A DNA stretch of 64,000 bases from Octopus vulgaris (taxonomy: Eukaryota): NCBI GenBank assembly GCA_951406725.2, contig OX597824.1:88412001-88476000 (forward strand), read 5' to 3'. The first letter of the stretch is position 1. Each line of letters starts with the position of its first letter. Position numbers and translations under genes: made by a program. The notes under the pieces were generated by a model that was not told the DNA's origin, searched no databases, and was given only the letters and a program-made list of their open reading frames with translations. Below are positions 25,637 to 37,732 of this stretch, piece by piece.

Positions 25637-28600
25637 GTTTGTGTGTCTGTGTTTGTCCCCCCAACAACCGATGCTGGTATGTTTACGTCCCCGTAACTTA
25701 GCGGTTCGGCAAAAAGAGACTGATAGAATAAGTACTAGGATTACAAAGAATAAGTCCCGAGGTCGATTTGCTCGACTAAAGGCGGTGCTTCAGCATGGCC
25801 ACAGTCAAATGAGTAAAGAGAATATCCCAGTCTTGTATCCTGCCAGGAGTCAATAAAACACCTAGTAGTGAAGTACTTGAGTCAACCACATTGACTGCGT
25901 GTCCTTCCCCAAAATTTGTGTGCCTATAGTAATCATCATTGTTATTCACGTCCAAGTCAGCCCTGACTGAACAGGGCTACGATTAGTGGCATTACATGTC
26001 TAGGACTGCATTACTGCATTATCTAATGTGTCACTCTCACAGGGGTCATTTGAGGTAGACTTTTGCTGCTATTTCTAGCAATCTCAATAACTCAGTAAAG
26101 GCTCCCTGGTTGGTACATGACTAATCAAAGAATTTAGTTTGAATCCCTGTTCATTCTAGGTTCAAATTATATTGGGAATGTCTTGATTTTATTCATATTT
26201 CTCAAGTGCTGATTAAAAACTGGTACAGTAGTAAATTAAAGAAATAGCTGGATCTACGAACAATTAGCCTTGTCTCTAGTCATATAGTCATAGACGTTAT
26301 TAATACCCAGACAATAGAACATTAAGCTAAATATGTTGCATTGAGACATTAATTTTGTTCTTCTCAGTTCCATATTCAAATCTACAGCTGACTTTGCCTT
26401 TTATCCTAAGTAGTTCAAATGCACAGACGTGGCAGAAACGTTAGCACGGCGGGCGAAATGCTTAGTGGTATTTCGTCTGCCGCTACGTTCTGAGTTCAAA
26501 TTCCGCCGAGGTCGACTTTGCCTTTCATCCTTTCGGGGTCGATTAAATTAAGTACCAGTTATACACTGGCGTTGATATAATCGACTTAATCCGTTTGTCT
26601 GTCCTTGTTTGTCCCCTCTGTGTTTAGCCCCTTGTGGGTAATAAAGAAATAGGTATTTCATCTGCTGTTAGGTTTTGAGTTCAAATTCCGCCGAGGTTGA
26701 CTTTGCCTTTCATCCTTTCGGGGTCGATAAATTAAGTACCAGTTACGCACTGGGGTCGATATAATCGGCTTAATCCGTTTGTCTGTCCTTGTTTGTCCCC
26801 TCTGTGTTTAGCCCCTTGTGGGTAATAAAGAAATAGGTATTTCATCTGCTGTTAGGTTTTGAGTTCAAATTCCGCCGAGGTTGACTTTGCCTTTCATCCT
26901 TTCGGGGTCGATAAATTAAGTACCAGTTACGCACTGGGGTTGATATAATCGACTTAATCCGTTTGTCTGTCCTTGTTTGTTCCCTCTGTGTTTAGCCCCT
27001 TGTGGGTAGTAAAGAAATAGAAATAGGTATTTCGTCTGCCGCTACGTTTTGAGTTCAAATTCCACTGAGGTCGACTTTGCCTTTCATCCTTTCAGGGTCG
27101 ATTAATTAAGTACCAGTTACGTACTGGGGTCGATATAATCGACTTAATCCGTTCGTTTGTCCCCTCTGTATTTAGCCCCTTGTGGGTAGTAAAGAAATAA
27201 ATTATTTAGTAAAGGGAGAAACTGATAGTCAGATGGTGTGGTTTTCTGGATTTCAAAGTTGTGTGTCAACATAAATCAAGACCGTGTTGGTGAATGTGTG
27301 TATGTAATGATAATGGTGTACTTGTCCTCACTGACACCAAGGAGTAAAACAGGCATGGAAATGTTAGTATGGCAGAAGCACATTTTACTGGTGTTTTTAT
27401 ACATGTGAATGTGAACAGATGGTCAATGCAAGATGGTGCGGGAAATATATTTATCATATTGTCTAAATAAATTGAAGGAATAGGACAGCAAGCGATAGTG
27501 TCATAAACCATTTAGTGACAGATTTGTTTCATAATAGCTTCAGCAAACAAATGTTAAGGCCACCATTCTAAGTAACGGATGAAGCTAAATAAAATGTCAG
27601 TAATCTTGAACAGTGAAATTTATTCCATGACTGAGTTCTGATATATTCAAAAGAAGAATAAGCAATCGATCTCTTTATATTGCTCCCGTTACCAGCGTTG
27701 CCTTACTGGCACTTGAGCCCTGTGCTAGTAGGGTGCTAAGAGCACCATCCAAGCGTGATCATTGCCACGGCTAACTGGCCTCCTTGCCGATGGTACGTAA
27801 AAGGTACCATTCGAGCGTGATCGTTACCAGCATCGCCTTACTGGCACTCAAGCTCCGTGCTAGTAGGGTATTAAGAGTACCATCCGAGCGTGATCATTGC
27901 TAGAGCAGCTATCTGGCCTCTGTGCCGGTGGCACGTAAAAGACACCATTCAAGCGTGATCATTACCAGCATTGCCTTACTGGCACCTGTGCCGGTGGCAT
28001 ATGAAAAAAGATTCGAGTGAGGTCGTTGCTAGTACTGCCTGGCTGGCCCCGTGCCAGTGGCACGTAAAAGCACCCTTTACACTCTCAGAGTGGTTGGCGT
28101 TACGAAGAGCATCCAGCTGTAGAAACTCTGCCAGATCAAGATTGAAGCCTGGTGCAGCCATCTGGTTCGCCAGCCCTCAGTCAAAATCGTCCAACCCATG
28201 CTAGCATGGAAAGCGGACGTTAAACGATGATGATGATGACCATGGCCAAATGCCACCTACCACAGCCTTACACATGTGCATGTGTCTATGTGAATATAAG
28301 GTTCGTTTTGTTTACTGCACAGCCCTGTCTTCTGTCCCATTATACAGCACCTGGGGCAAATGTCCTCCACTATAATGTTGGGCTGATAATGCTTAGCAAG
28401 GGCGGAAATGCTTTGTGAAAAGATAGATTTTCTAAGAACAGTTCAGCTTCTTATAGTCTTAGAAACATATCACCATGAATATTTTGTAGTATGAACTGGA
28501 AAGAAACAAGACTGTTTAACCCTTTCATTAACAACCTGGCTGAAACCGGCTCTGAGTACAAATGTCTTGTTTTCATAAGTTTTGAATTAAAATCTTCCAC

Positions 28601-31600
28601 CAAACCTTAGTCACAATTTATGTCCCTAACACTAGCTGAATGATAACTAAGTTATTTTACTAAATACTTTGTTATATTTAAAGTAATTGAAAGAAACACA
28701 GAGCATCTCAAAATAAATACTGTAACGAAAGGGTTAATGTGGTCAGACTATATGCTAGAAATGACAGTCTAAATTTCCTTCAATCCACACCTTTCCAGTT
28801 GCTTCTCATGTGCATCTGCCCAAATGTAGAGGTGTCTTTAACTCTTTTGATATCAACCTACCTGAAACCTTCTCTGGCTCTGCAGTACAAATGTCTTGTT
28901 TTCATAAGTTTTGAATTAAAATCTTCCACCAAACCTTAGTCACAATTTATGTTCCTAGCACTAGCTTAATGATAACTAAGTTATTTTTCTAAATTCTTTG
29001 TTATATTTAAAGTAATTGAAAGAAACTCAGAGCATCTCAAAATAAATACAATAACGAAAGGGTTAAATACAGGTATTACTTTAGTTGTGAGGAAAGATGG
29101 ATATAGCATTTCAGACACCTGCAGTTTGCCTGAGAGAGAAAGTGACACAGTCATTTCATTTGTAGGCTAGACATTTATATACTTAGAATACAATTTAGTC
29201 TCTCACTTCCTTACTGCAATTTAACTTATTGATCTCTTTCACAAACAGTCATGGCTGATCTGGAACCCAACCTGGGCCCCCCCTATCTAAGGCGTTCACC
29301 ACTGGAATAAGGAGTGGTTGGAGATCATGCGGTCGTTAGCCTCAAATCGCCAGGCCTGGTCAGCGTTTGTGAGAGATGCAGCATTGAGGATGAATGAAGC
29401 CAGCTCAACCCACCCCGGGTGAATGCTGTCTCAAGACAAGAAGATGAAGACTTTCACAAACTTTCCTTAAGACTGTGTTGCCAGCCTAGACTGTCCCCTA
29501 TTTTTTCAGATTCCAGATTCTACCCCATTTCTTTAATTGCTGAGATTGTCTATTTTTAAGCTTTTAATTGTATCATCATTATTATTTTAGTTATTGCCAT
29601 ACTAATATGGCATTCTTATAAAAATAAGAATAAAGCTGTCCGCTTATTAGCTCCATGAGGCCATCGCCTTAAGTTAGCTATTTGATACACAAACTGTATC
29701 CATATAACCTTCGAACAAGGGAGGTCAGTCGCTCCACACTACTTGACCGGCAGCTACAGACGCGTTTCGGGGTATTGCCCCTTTTAATATTTCTATCATT
29801 ATTATTATCATCTTTTTAACTGGTTATGTTGTTGGCACCAGATTTACTCTGATTAAGTAGACCTATGATCTAAAGTGTTCTCATCATCATCGTTTAATGT
29901 TTGCTTTCCATGCTAGCATGGGTTGGACGATTTTGACTGAGGGCTGGCAAACCAGATGGCTGCATCAGACTCCAATCTTGATCTGGCAGAGTTTCTACAG
30001 CTGGATGCCTTTCATAACGCCAACTACTCCGAGAGTGTAGTGGGTGCTTTTTACATGCCACCAGCATGGGGCCAGTCAGGCGGTACTGGCAACGACCTTT
30101 GCTCGAATCTTTTTACACATGTTCTATCCTATATTTTTAAAATCCACTTTTGGGCATTTAGGATTACATTACCTAATGGGTCCTTTCTTTTTTCAAAATG
30201 GTGGAGGTGTGATTTCTAAGAAGTTAGGAGTCACTAACACTTATTTTGTGATCTGACTTTACTCCTATTTCCCTTGTTTAACTTTACACTTTGCTTTCTT
30301 CAATAGAAATCGATGAAGAAGAATCAGAAAGACGGCGTGCCGAATGTCTTGAAGACATGGCAACATTGGAACATCAGTTTTCAGCTTTAAAAGAACGGTA
30401 AGTCTTCATTTCTCACAGTAGCTGTTTATGTTCAGTTGTCATCATCATCATCATCATCGTCGTTTAACGTCTGCTTTCCATGCTAGCATGGGTTGGACGA
30501 TTGACTGAGGTCTGGCGAACCAGATGGCTGCACCAGGCTCCAATCTGATCTGGCAGAGTTTCTACAGCTGGATGCCCTTCCTAACGCCAACCACTCCGAG
30601 AGTGTAGTGGGTACTTTTACGTGCCACCGGCATGGGGTCCAGTCAAGCAGTACTGGCAACAGCCACGCTCAAATGGTGCTTTTTATGCGCCACCTGTACA
30701 GTGCCAGTCCAACGGAACTGGCAACGACTTCGCTCGAATGCTTTTTTTTTTCAAACGTTGCAAATCTCTATCTTTTACTTGTTTCAGTCAGTCATTGGAC
30801 CGTGGCCTTCAAACAATGTTTTCAGGTTTTTGTTTCTTTTTGACCAGGAATAAAGACTTTCTATTTTAATGTTAATTACATCATAATGCTTCAAACAATT
30901 AGTGAAAACACAGTTTTGCTTCTTACACCTTTTATGCATTTACCTTTTATTACAGGTAAAATGTTTATCCTTCTTTCAGGAGGTAATTTATAACGTGGCT
31001 GTCTTTCTAATTTCAGGTTATATGAGGAAAGGGTAAAACAAGTCGATGAAAAACTAGAAGAAATTCGTGCAGGTAAAGCACAGGATTATTGGCGTCCATT
31101 AGCTCAGTTGGAAGAAAATATGACAATACGAATACAAGTAGCAGGTGGAGTGCTTTTGCTTTTCTTTGACTTGTCTTGGTTACTTTTAATTGCTTTGTAA
31201 TTTTCTCCCATGATAGTAGCATCATTAACTTCACCATTAAAAATCATCAAAGCAGTAAAGAATTAACGCTATTTCTACCCTCCAAAGAACTTCACAATAA
31301 ACTTGGCACCTAATTCTAAAGTTCTTGTTCCTCTTCCTTCTTACCTGCATCTTCTTCACATACAATGAATTTGATCTTAGCTTTTCTAAAGTAAGCTTTC
31401 CTCATTCCAATCATATCCCAGTTTTTTGGCAGTGAACTAGCAGAATCGTTAGCATACCCGGCAAAATGCTTAGTGGTATTTCTTCTGGCGAGCTGGCAGA
31501 AACGTTAGCACACCGGGTGAAATGCTTAACGGTATTTCGTCTGCCACTACATTCTGAGTTCAAATTCCGCTGAGGTCAACTTTGCCTTTCATCCTTCCAG

Positions 31601-32936
31601 GGTTGATGAAATAAAGCACAAACTGAGCACTTGGGTCGACAATCAACTTGTCTGTTCCTCCTAAAATTGCTGGCCTTGTGCCAATATTTGAAATTATAAT
31701 TATTTTTATGAATACATCACCATCATCATCGTTTAACGCCCGTTTCCCATGCTGGCATGGGTTGGATAGTTCGACTGGGAAGCCAGGAGGCTGCACCAGG
31801 CTCCAGTCTGATCTGGCAGTGTTTCTACAGCTTGATGCCCTTCCTAATGCCAACCACTCTGAAAGTGTATTGGGTACTTTTTACGTACCACCGGCACAGG
31901 GGCTAGAGGGAGCTGGCATCGTTCATGTTTGGATGGTGCTTTTTACGTGCCACCAGCATGGGAGCCAGTCAAGGCAGTGCTAGCATCAGTTACATTCGGA
32001 TGGTGCTTTTTACGTGTACTAAAAAATATAATTATGAATATTATTTCTTCTATTGACATTTTAATTTGTTCCTATATGCTGAATTCAAAAATCTTTTCGG
32101 TTTGACTGGCAGTTTTTTAAATCTTTAAATCTTTTTGGTTTGACTGGCAGTTTTTTTAAATAATTTCCACGTAACTAAACACTTTTAAACTTCGTATACT
32201 GGTAGAATGTGTTTATAAAACATCTTTTTCTCTTGGCTTTATTGAGAAAATTCTATAGTTTGTTTTTTTTTCTTCAATATCTTTAGTTTCAACCAATCAC
32301 TGACGTCTATTGAGGTAAAAAAAAACATTCTGTGCCGTATGAATATGTCTCTCGTTTAAGAAACAGATTGGGTTTATTTACATTTGTGAAGAAAAAAAAG
32401 ATACCCCCCAACCCTAAAACAGATTGAAATGCAATAGGGTCATAATTATGGGTGACAATTTCATATGACACCGCTAGAAAAAACTGCCGTTCAAACCGAA
32501 AAGATCCAATTGTGGCACTTTATTTTTCTATACAATTTCAATTTGCGGTGGGGGTCTTACGAAATTTCATGTCCCCTTTCTCTCTCTCTTTCAGGTATTT
32601 TGAAAGAGCTTCGATTACAGTCAATTCAGTGTAAATTTGAAAGTGAAGAGGTGGCTGCAAGACAGAACATGGAGGTGAGTATTGTCTTCTGTTGAGTTTT
32701 ACTTCACCTTCTACTTGTTTCACTCATTGGAGTGTGACCAAGCTGGAGCAGTGCCTCAAAGGGTTTAGTTAAACAAATGACCTCCGTACATATTTTTTAA
32801 GCCAGTTATTTATTCTCTCGGTTGCTTTTGTCAAGTTACTATGTTATTGGGATGTAAACAAACCAACGTTCCTTGTCAAATGGTTAGTTGGTGGGTGGGA
32901 ACAAACACACCGGCACACACATGGATGAGTGTGTCA

Positions 32937-32982
<46 letters not shown>

Positions 32983-35873
32983 TCACAGATATAAGTGTAT
33001 ACATGTACACCCACAACAGGCTACCTCACAGTTTCTGCCTATCAAATTCACTCACAAAGCATTGGTTGGCCCAGGAACTATAGCATAAGGGTGGCAAGCT
33101 GGCAGTTCTGAGTTCAAATTCCACCGAGGTCAGCTTTGCCTTTCATCCGTTCAGGGTCGATTAAATAAGTACCAGTTACACATTGGGGTCGATGTAATTG
33201 TCTGTCCCCTCTGTGTGTAGCCTCTTGTGGGCAGTAAAGAAACAAGTATTTCATCGGCCACTACGTTCTGAGTTCAAATTCTGCCGAGGTCGGCTTTGCT
33301 TTTCATCCTTTCAGGGTCGATTAAATAAGTACCAGTTACACACAGGGGTCGATGTAATCAACTTAATCCCTTTGGCTGTCCTTGTTTGTTTTTGTTCCCT
33401 CTATGTTTAGCCCCCTGTGGGCAATAAGGAACTAACTATAGCAGAAGACACTTGACCAAGGTGCCACAATGTGGAACTGAACCTATAACCACATGGTTGC
33501 AAAGAGAGCTTATTGACCTCACAACACATTTTTTGAGAATTTGCTTTAGTTCTTATGATAAACACTGTTTTTTTTTTCCTGTCTTTTTCCAGAGTGACAA
33601 AATAATATTGTATGATACAGTAAAACAGGAACTGGAAGACAGAATACGAAGATTAGAAGAAGACCGACATAATATTGATATTTCATCAGGTAAATATCGA
33701 ATTTTTAACACAATATTGTATTTGTTATATTTAAGCCAAAAGAATTGTATCTACTTTAATGACTTTGGTTTTGAATGAATAACTTGTTCTATCGTTTACT
33801 TGTTTAATTCATTGGGCTGCAGTTGTACTGGGGCACTGAATAAATTGACCCCAGTACTTATTCTTTCTTCGTGATGGTGGAGGTCATACACATACATTCA
33901 CACATGCACGCACATGATAATGATGGTAATAACGACTGTCCATTCGTCCAAGGAAGATCATGCACTCAAATTCATACTTTTACACTTGTGGCTGTGTTGG
34001 TGACTGATGATCCCAACCCTTGACAAACACACACACATGCAAATATTGTGGGCCAAGCTTCCTCCATTCACTGCACTGATGGTGTGTTTTCAAACAGCTC
34101 ATTTCAAATTCCCCATTAGAAATGTGTTGTTTTTTTTTTTCAAAAACACTCTTTCCTTTTAACACTGTTAATTTTTGTCTTTTTACTTTTAGATTTGTGG
34201 AATGAGAGTCAAAGCCTCCGGCGGGGCAAGAAGAAACAAGACCCCCTGAACCCTGAGCGGCGTCGGAAGCCTGTAACAGTAACAGGTATTTACAATTTTG
34301 TCTGCCTATGGATTAGGGCTTACTCAAACTTATTCGGTTGTTTCCAGTTGATAATTTACAGTTTTCCTATCATATTTATTTTGAGCACTTTTAAACCTAA
34401 TTATTATTATTTGTTTTAGGTCCATACATTGTTTATATGTTGCGAGATGTTGATATCATAGAAGACTGGACACATATAAAAAAGGTAAGATTTGTTGGGG
34501 TTTTTTTTTCCTTTTTTTCTTTTGGTTCACATTACTCTTGAAATGTGTCACTGATAAGTTGTTCAAATTTAACTGAAGTTTATTTTTTCATTAATAAAAA
34601 ATATTGGTTATGTCATGTTGGTCATCATCATCGTTTAATGTCCACTTTCCATGCTAGCAAGGGTTGGACTATTTGACTGAGGACTGGCGAACCAGATGGC
34701 TGCACCAGGCTCCAGTCTTGATTTGGCAGTGTTTCTACAGCTGGATGCCCTTCCTAACGCCAACCACTCCGAGAGTGCAGTGGGTGCTTTTACGTGCCAC
34801 CAGCATGAGGGTCACGGAAAATTTTTTTTTTACTTGACACTGGCACAAGTGCCAGTAAGGCGACGCTGGTAACGATCACGCTCAAATGGTGTTTTTTATA
34901 TGCCACTGGCACGAACGTCAGTTAGCTGTTCTGGCAACGATCACGCTCGGATGGTGCTCTTAGTGCTCCACTAGCACAGATGCCAGTCATCGAATTTGAT
35001 TTCAATTCCGATTTCACTTGCCTCAGCAGGTCTTCGCAAGTAGTGTCCAATGAAGGGAAGGTACGCATAAGTGGGCTGGTTACACCCCTGGCTTAGGCCA
35101 CAAGGTTATGGTCTCACTTGGCTTGCTGGGTCTTCTCAAGCACAGCATATTTCCAAAATTCTCGGTCACTGGTCATTGCCTCGGTGAGGCCTAATGTTCG
35201 AAGGTCGTGCTTCACCACTTCATCCCAGGTCTTCTTGGGTCTACCTCTGCCACAGGTTCCCTCAACTGCTAGGGTGTGGCACTTTTTCACACAGCTATCC
35301 TGGCCACATGACCATACCAGCGCGGAAAAAAAAAACATTATTGGTTTCTCTTCTGTGGAATAATTGTTTGCAAGAATTATTTTATGTATAATATGGCTCA
35401 AGATAATAACTATTCTATTTTATTGTACTTAATAAACAATAGGATTCTTGAAACGTGTTTAAAAATGAATTTTACCTTCATTTGTCAAGTTAACTACTTA
35501 ATCACTAACTTGCCTTCTGGGTGCCAAGTCTTAGTCATTAACCCAAGAGATAACTTGTACCAGTCTCAAAGGTTCTAAAAAGATTCGTGGATGCTGTCCA
35601 TTCTTGCCTGAGCCTTTAAAAAAATTAAAGGCTAAGGCTGTATTTGAGAGGCAAGCATCAACTCCTGAGTTAAACTAAGTATAAAGTATTAAATATACTC
35701 ATCATAGGTGCAGGAGTGGCTGTGTGGTAAGTAGCTTGCTTACCAACCACATGGTTCCGGGTTCAGTCCCACTGCGTGGCATCTTGGGCAAGTGTCTTCT
35801 GCTATAGCCTCGGGCCAACCAATGCCTTGTGAGTGGATTTGGTAGACGGAAACTGAAAGAAGCCTGCCGTGTG

Positions 35874-35908
<35 letters not shown>

Positions 35909-36823
35909 CTGTGTTTGTCCCCCTAGCATTGCTTGACAACCGATGCTGGTGTGTTTACGTCTCCGTAACTTAGCGGTTCGGCAAAAGAGACTGATAGAAT
36001 AAGTACTGGGTTTACAAAGAATAAGCCCAAGGGTCGATTTGCTCGACTAAAGGTGGTGCTCCAGCCTGGCCGCAGTCAAATGACTGAAGCAAGTAAAAGA
36101 GTAAAGAGTATATGAATGTTCTCTCAGTTATTTGTCAGATTTTATTGCTTTGTATAACTTCCTTATATTTATAGGCATTAAAACAACAGAGCCAGAAAAG
36201 AAAATCTGAGTGTAAGCATTTCTCTCTTTTCAAACCTTTTTTAATTTCAATATCTTCTGATTTTTCTAACTAGTGGTTCATTAATTTGTAACAAAGCTTC
36301 AAACAGATCCATATATATTTATATCAGTTGGAAATATCATTAACTAGCAGTATCGCCCGGCATTGCTCGGGTTTGTTTCGACCCTTTACAATTGGAATTT
36401 TTCGAAAAGTAAAAATTTTGCATTATGTAGCTTTATATTCTCTTTAAGTGAACATTTTTCTGGTTGAAATACACCAAAAAATGGCGACACAGCAGTAAAA
36501 AAATCGTAAAAAATAGGGATTTTCATAGAAAAAAGCACCTTTTTGATGTAAATAATTTTTGGTGTTAACATGGTCCAATCTGAATTTTTTCTTCTACGGA
36601 AGGAAGAGCAAGCCTTCTTCTATCATACTCTCAATTTTGGTCAACTTGCGCCGCAGGGTCTCGGAGGAGATCGTATTAGTTGAAGGCTACCAAACCTGCC
36701 ATACACAGACAACTTCAGCTTTATATATATATATAGAGAGATTTCAATTAAAATTAGTTAAATGAACTGATTTGGCATGTTATGTTGAATTAAAATGCTG
36801 TTTCCTTCTTCATTTCAGTTTGA
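22626..36823 (+). CDS. BRMS1L: Breast cancer metastasis-suppressor 1-like (Sds3 family, Sin3-HDAC subunit); gene span, CDS = join(22626..22719,30307..30397,31017..31144,32595..32674,33593..33689,34193..34285,34420..34484,36175..36211,36819..36823), ~229 aa
   Basis: Translation [36 protein letters not shown]...[31 protein letters not shown]...[24 protein letters not shown] closely matches BRMS1/BRMS1L as I recall them. All introns are GT-AG and phases sum to 690 nt. Confidence 0.92.
22879..23174. mobile_element. Palindromic GG-terminal MITE (Merlin-like) in BRMS1L intron 1
   Basis: GGTACCACT...AGTGGTACC termini with internal inverted CTAGTCACGACTAGTCGATCCT arms; TSD degenerate. Confidence 0.6.
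25407..25820 (+). mobile_element. SINE family A
   Basis: Full-length copy. Confidence 0.88.
26428..27199 (+). mobile_element. tRNA-derived SINE family B (Meta-domain-like), tandem tetramer
   Basis: A-box TGGCAGAAACG, B-box GAGTTCAAATTCC, GTCGACTTTGCCTTTCATCCTTTCGGGGTCGAT core; four ~185-bp units. Confidence 0.9.
27687..28238 (+). mobile_element. RTE 3'UTR-derived repeat (family C)
   Basis: Internal GAGCGTGATCGTTACCAG subrepeats, GGAAGGGCATCCAGCTGTAGAAAC motif and (GAT)n tail. Other copies at about 29882, 30440, 31720, 40450, 43072, 43680, 49740, 53630, 57055, 58352, 58808 and 61645. Confidence 0.8.
28520..28733. mobile_element. piggyBac-type MITE, family 1
   Basis: TTAA TSD, CCCTTTC TIR, body matches 231-449. 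Confidence 0.85.
28842..29062. mobile_element. piggyBac-type MITE, family 1
   Basis: TTAA flanks; body matches 28520-28733. Confidence 0.8.
29620..29782 (-). mobile_element. Penelope-like terminal-repeat fragment with a truncated hammerhead
   Basis: Minus strand GGGG(CAATA)CCCC-GAAACGCGTC-TGTAGC; the CTGANGA half is missing. Confidence 0.55.
30307..30397 (+). CDS. BRMS1L: BRMS1L exon 2
   Basis: caatag|AA ATC GAT...GAA CG|gtaagt; [18 protein letters not shown]. Confidence 0.95.
31017..31144 (+). CDS. BRMS1L: BRMS1L exon 3
   Basis: tttcag|G TTA TAT...GCA G|gtggag; [24 protein letters not shown]. Confidence 0.94.
32090..32507. mobile_element. Merlin-like MITE family M1 (duplicated left TIR)
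   Basis: Body matches 15243-15660. Confidence 0.8.
32595..32674 (+). CDS. BRMS1L: BRMS1L exon 4
   Basis: tttcag|GT ATT TTG...ATG GAG|gtgagt; [27 protein letters not shown]. Confidence 0.94.
33593..33689 (+). CDS. BRMS1L: BRMS1L exon 5
   Basis: ttccag|AGT GAC...TCA G|gtaaat; [32 protein letters not shown]. Confidence 0.95.
34193..34285 (+). CDS. BRMS1L: BRMS1L exon 6
   Basis: ttttag|AT TTG TGG...ACA G|gtattt; [31 protein letters not shown] (NLS-like). Confidence 0.94.
34420..34484 (+). CDS. BRMS1L: BRMS1L exon 7
   Basis: ttttag|GT CCA TAC...AAA AAG|gtaaga; [22 protein letters not shown]. Confidence 0.95.
34622..35295 (-). mobile_element. RTE LINE 3' end: ORF terminus plus long 3'UTR with (GAT)n tail
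   Basis: [33 protein letters not shown]-stop, continuing into the repeat that ends AAACGATGATG. Confidence 0.85.
35706..36110 (+). mobile_element. SINE family A
   Basis: Full-length copy. Confidence 0.9.
36175..36211 (+). CDS. BRMS1L: BRMS1L exon 8
   Basis: tttatag|GCA TTA AAA CAA...TCT GAG T|gtaagc; [12 protein letters not shown]. Confidence 0.8.
36344..36741 (-). mobile_element. Non-autonomous Helitron
   Basis: Same hairpin+CTAG 3' end and TC(TC)TATATA 5' end in reverse; interior differs from 4764-5280. Confidence 0.8.
36819..36823 (+). CDS. BRMS1L: BRMS1L putative terminal coding exon (F-stop)
   Basis: Strong acceptor tttccttcttcatttcag|TT TGA completes the T+TT codon, followed by a stop. 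Confidence 0.55.
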
Positions 36824-37547
36824 CTCTTGTGAATTCTTAGTGGAAAATTTCCTGGAATCCCTAATCTGTGATCTCCATGATGTTAGATTTTGGAACTTTT
36901 TCAGACTATCAAATAATACTATTCTTGCTACTTGGAAGACTTAATACCTCTTTCCCGGTAGATATAGTATTTTAATTCATTCATGGACAAATCATCTTCA
37001 TTGAAATATATATATATATTTTATTATTATGAAATATACCTCCCTATCTCTCCTATTGGTGTGTCACCGATGGATTGATAATGAGAAAAATGAAAGAAAA
37101 AGAAACAACGTTGCTATTGGTGAGCTTGAAGAAGGTCAAAACAGCGAAGGAACCAGAGCGTTTTAGTTGAGTTGCTTTGGTTGTTATAATAGACAGGAAA
37201 ATATTTCATCTGCCAGTGGAAGACGAATTTGCCACCAGTATCGGTACAAGCATTTCATTGATTTTGGTGTTGGCCTCCTATCTCTTCTACAAATGCATTG
37301 ACGGCTTGAGGGCAAATAAAACAAAAAACGCTCAATGTGTTATATTTGTTCAGAGACTTTCAATTATACGTAAATGCATTTTTTTTTTTCTTTCTTTTAA
37401 AAAAAACTCCGTGTATGTAACATTAAATCTTAACTTTTTTGAGTTGATATTAAAAATAATTCAAGAATACTAACAGCAATTTTTAGATGAAACAACTCAT
37501 TTGTTTTTAATTTACAAAATAGTTGGAAATGATCTGAATATGAACTG

Positions 37548-37732
37548 TTATTTATGGACTTCATTTTTTGCCATGTTGGCTTTCGCCCTCCGTTGGGCTG
37601 TTGCAAACTCTGAGTATTCAACATACCCATCGTTATTTAGGTCATCTTCTTTTAATACCATATCAACAATATCCGAGATCTCCGTATCCGACATTGTGCG
37701 AGCTGCTGCGGCATTTGCATCTTGGTGGTCTT
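37548..37732 (-). CDS. MCFD2: MCFD2 last coding exon (EF-hand 2)
   Basis: ctttcag|AA GAC CAC; DDLNNDGYVEYSEF...NEVHK-stop. Confidence 0.94.
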
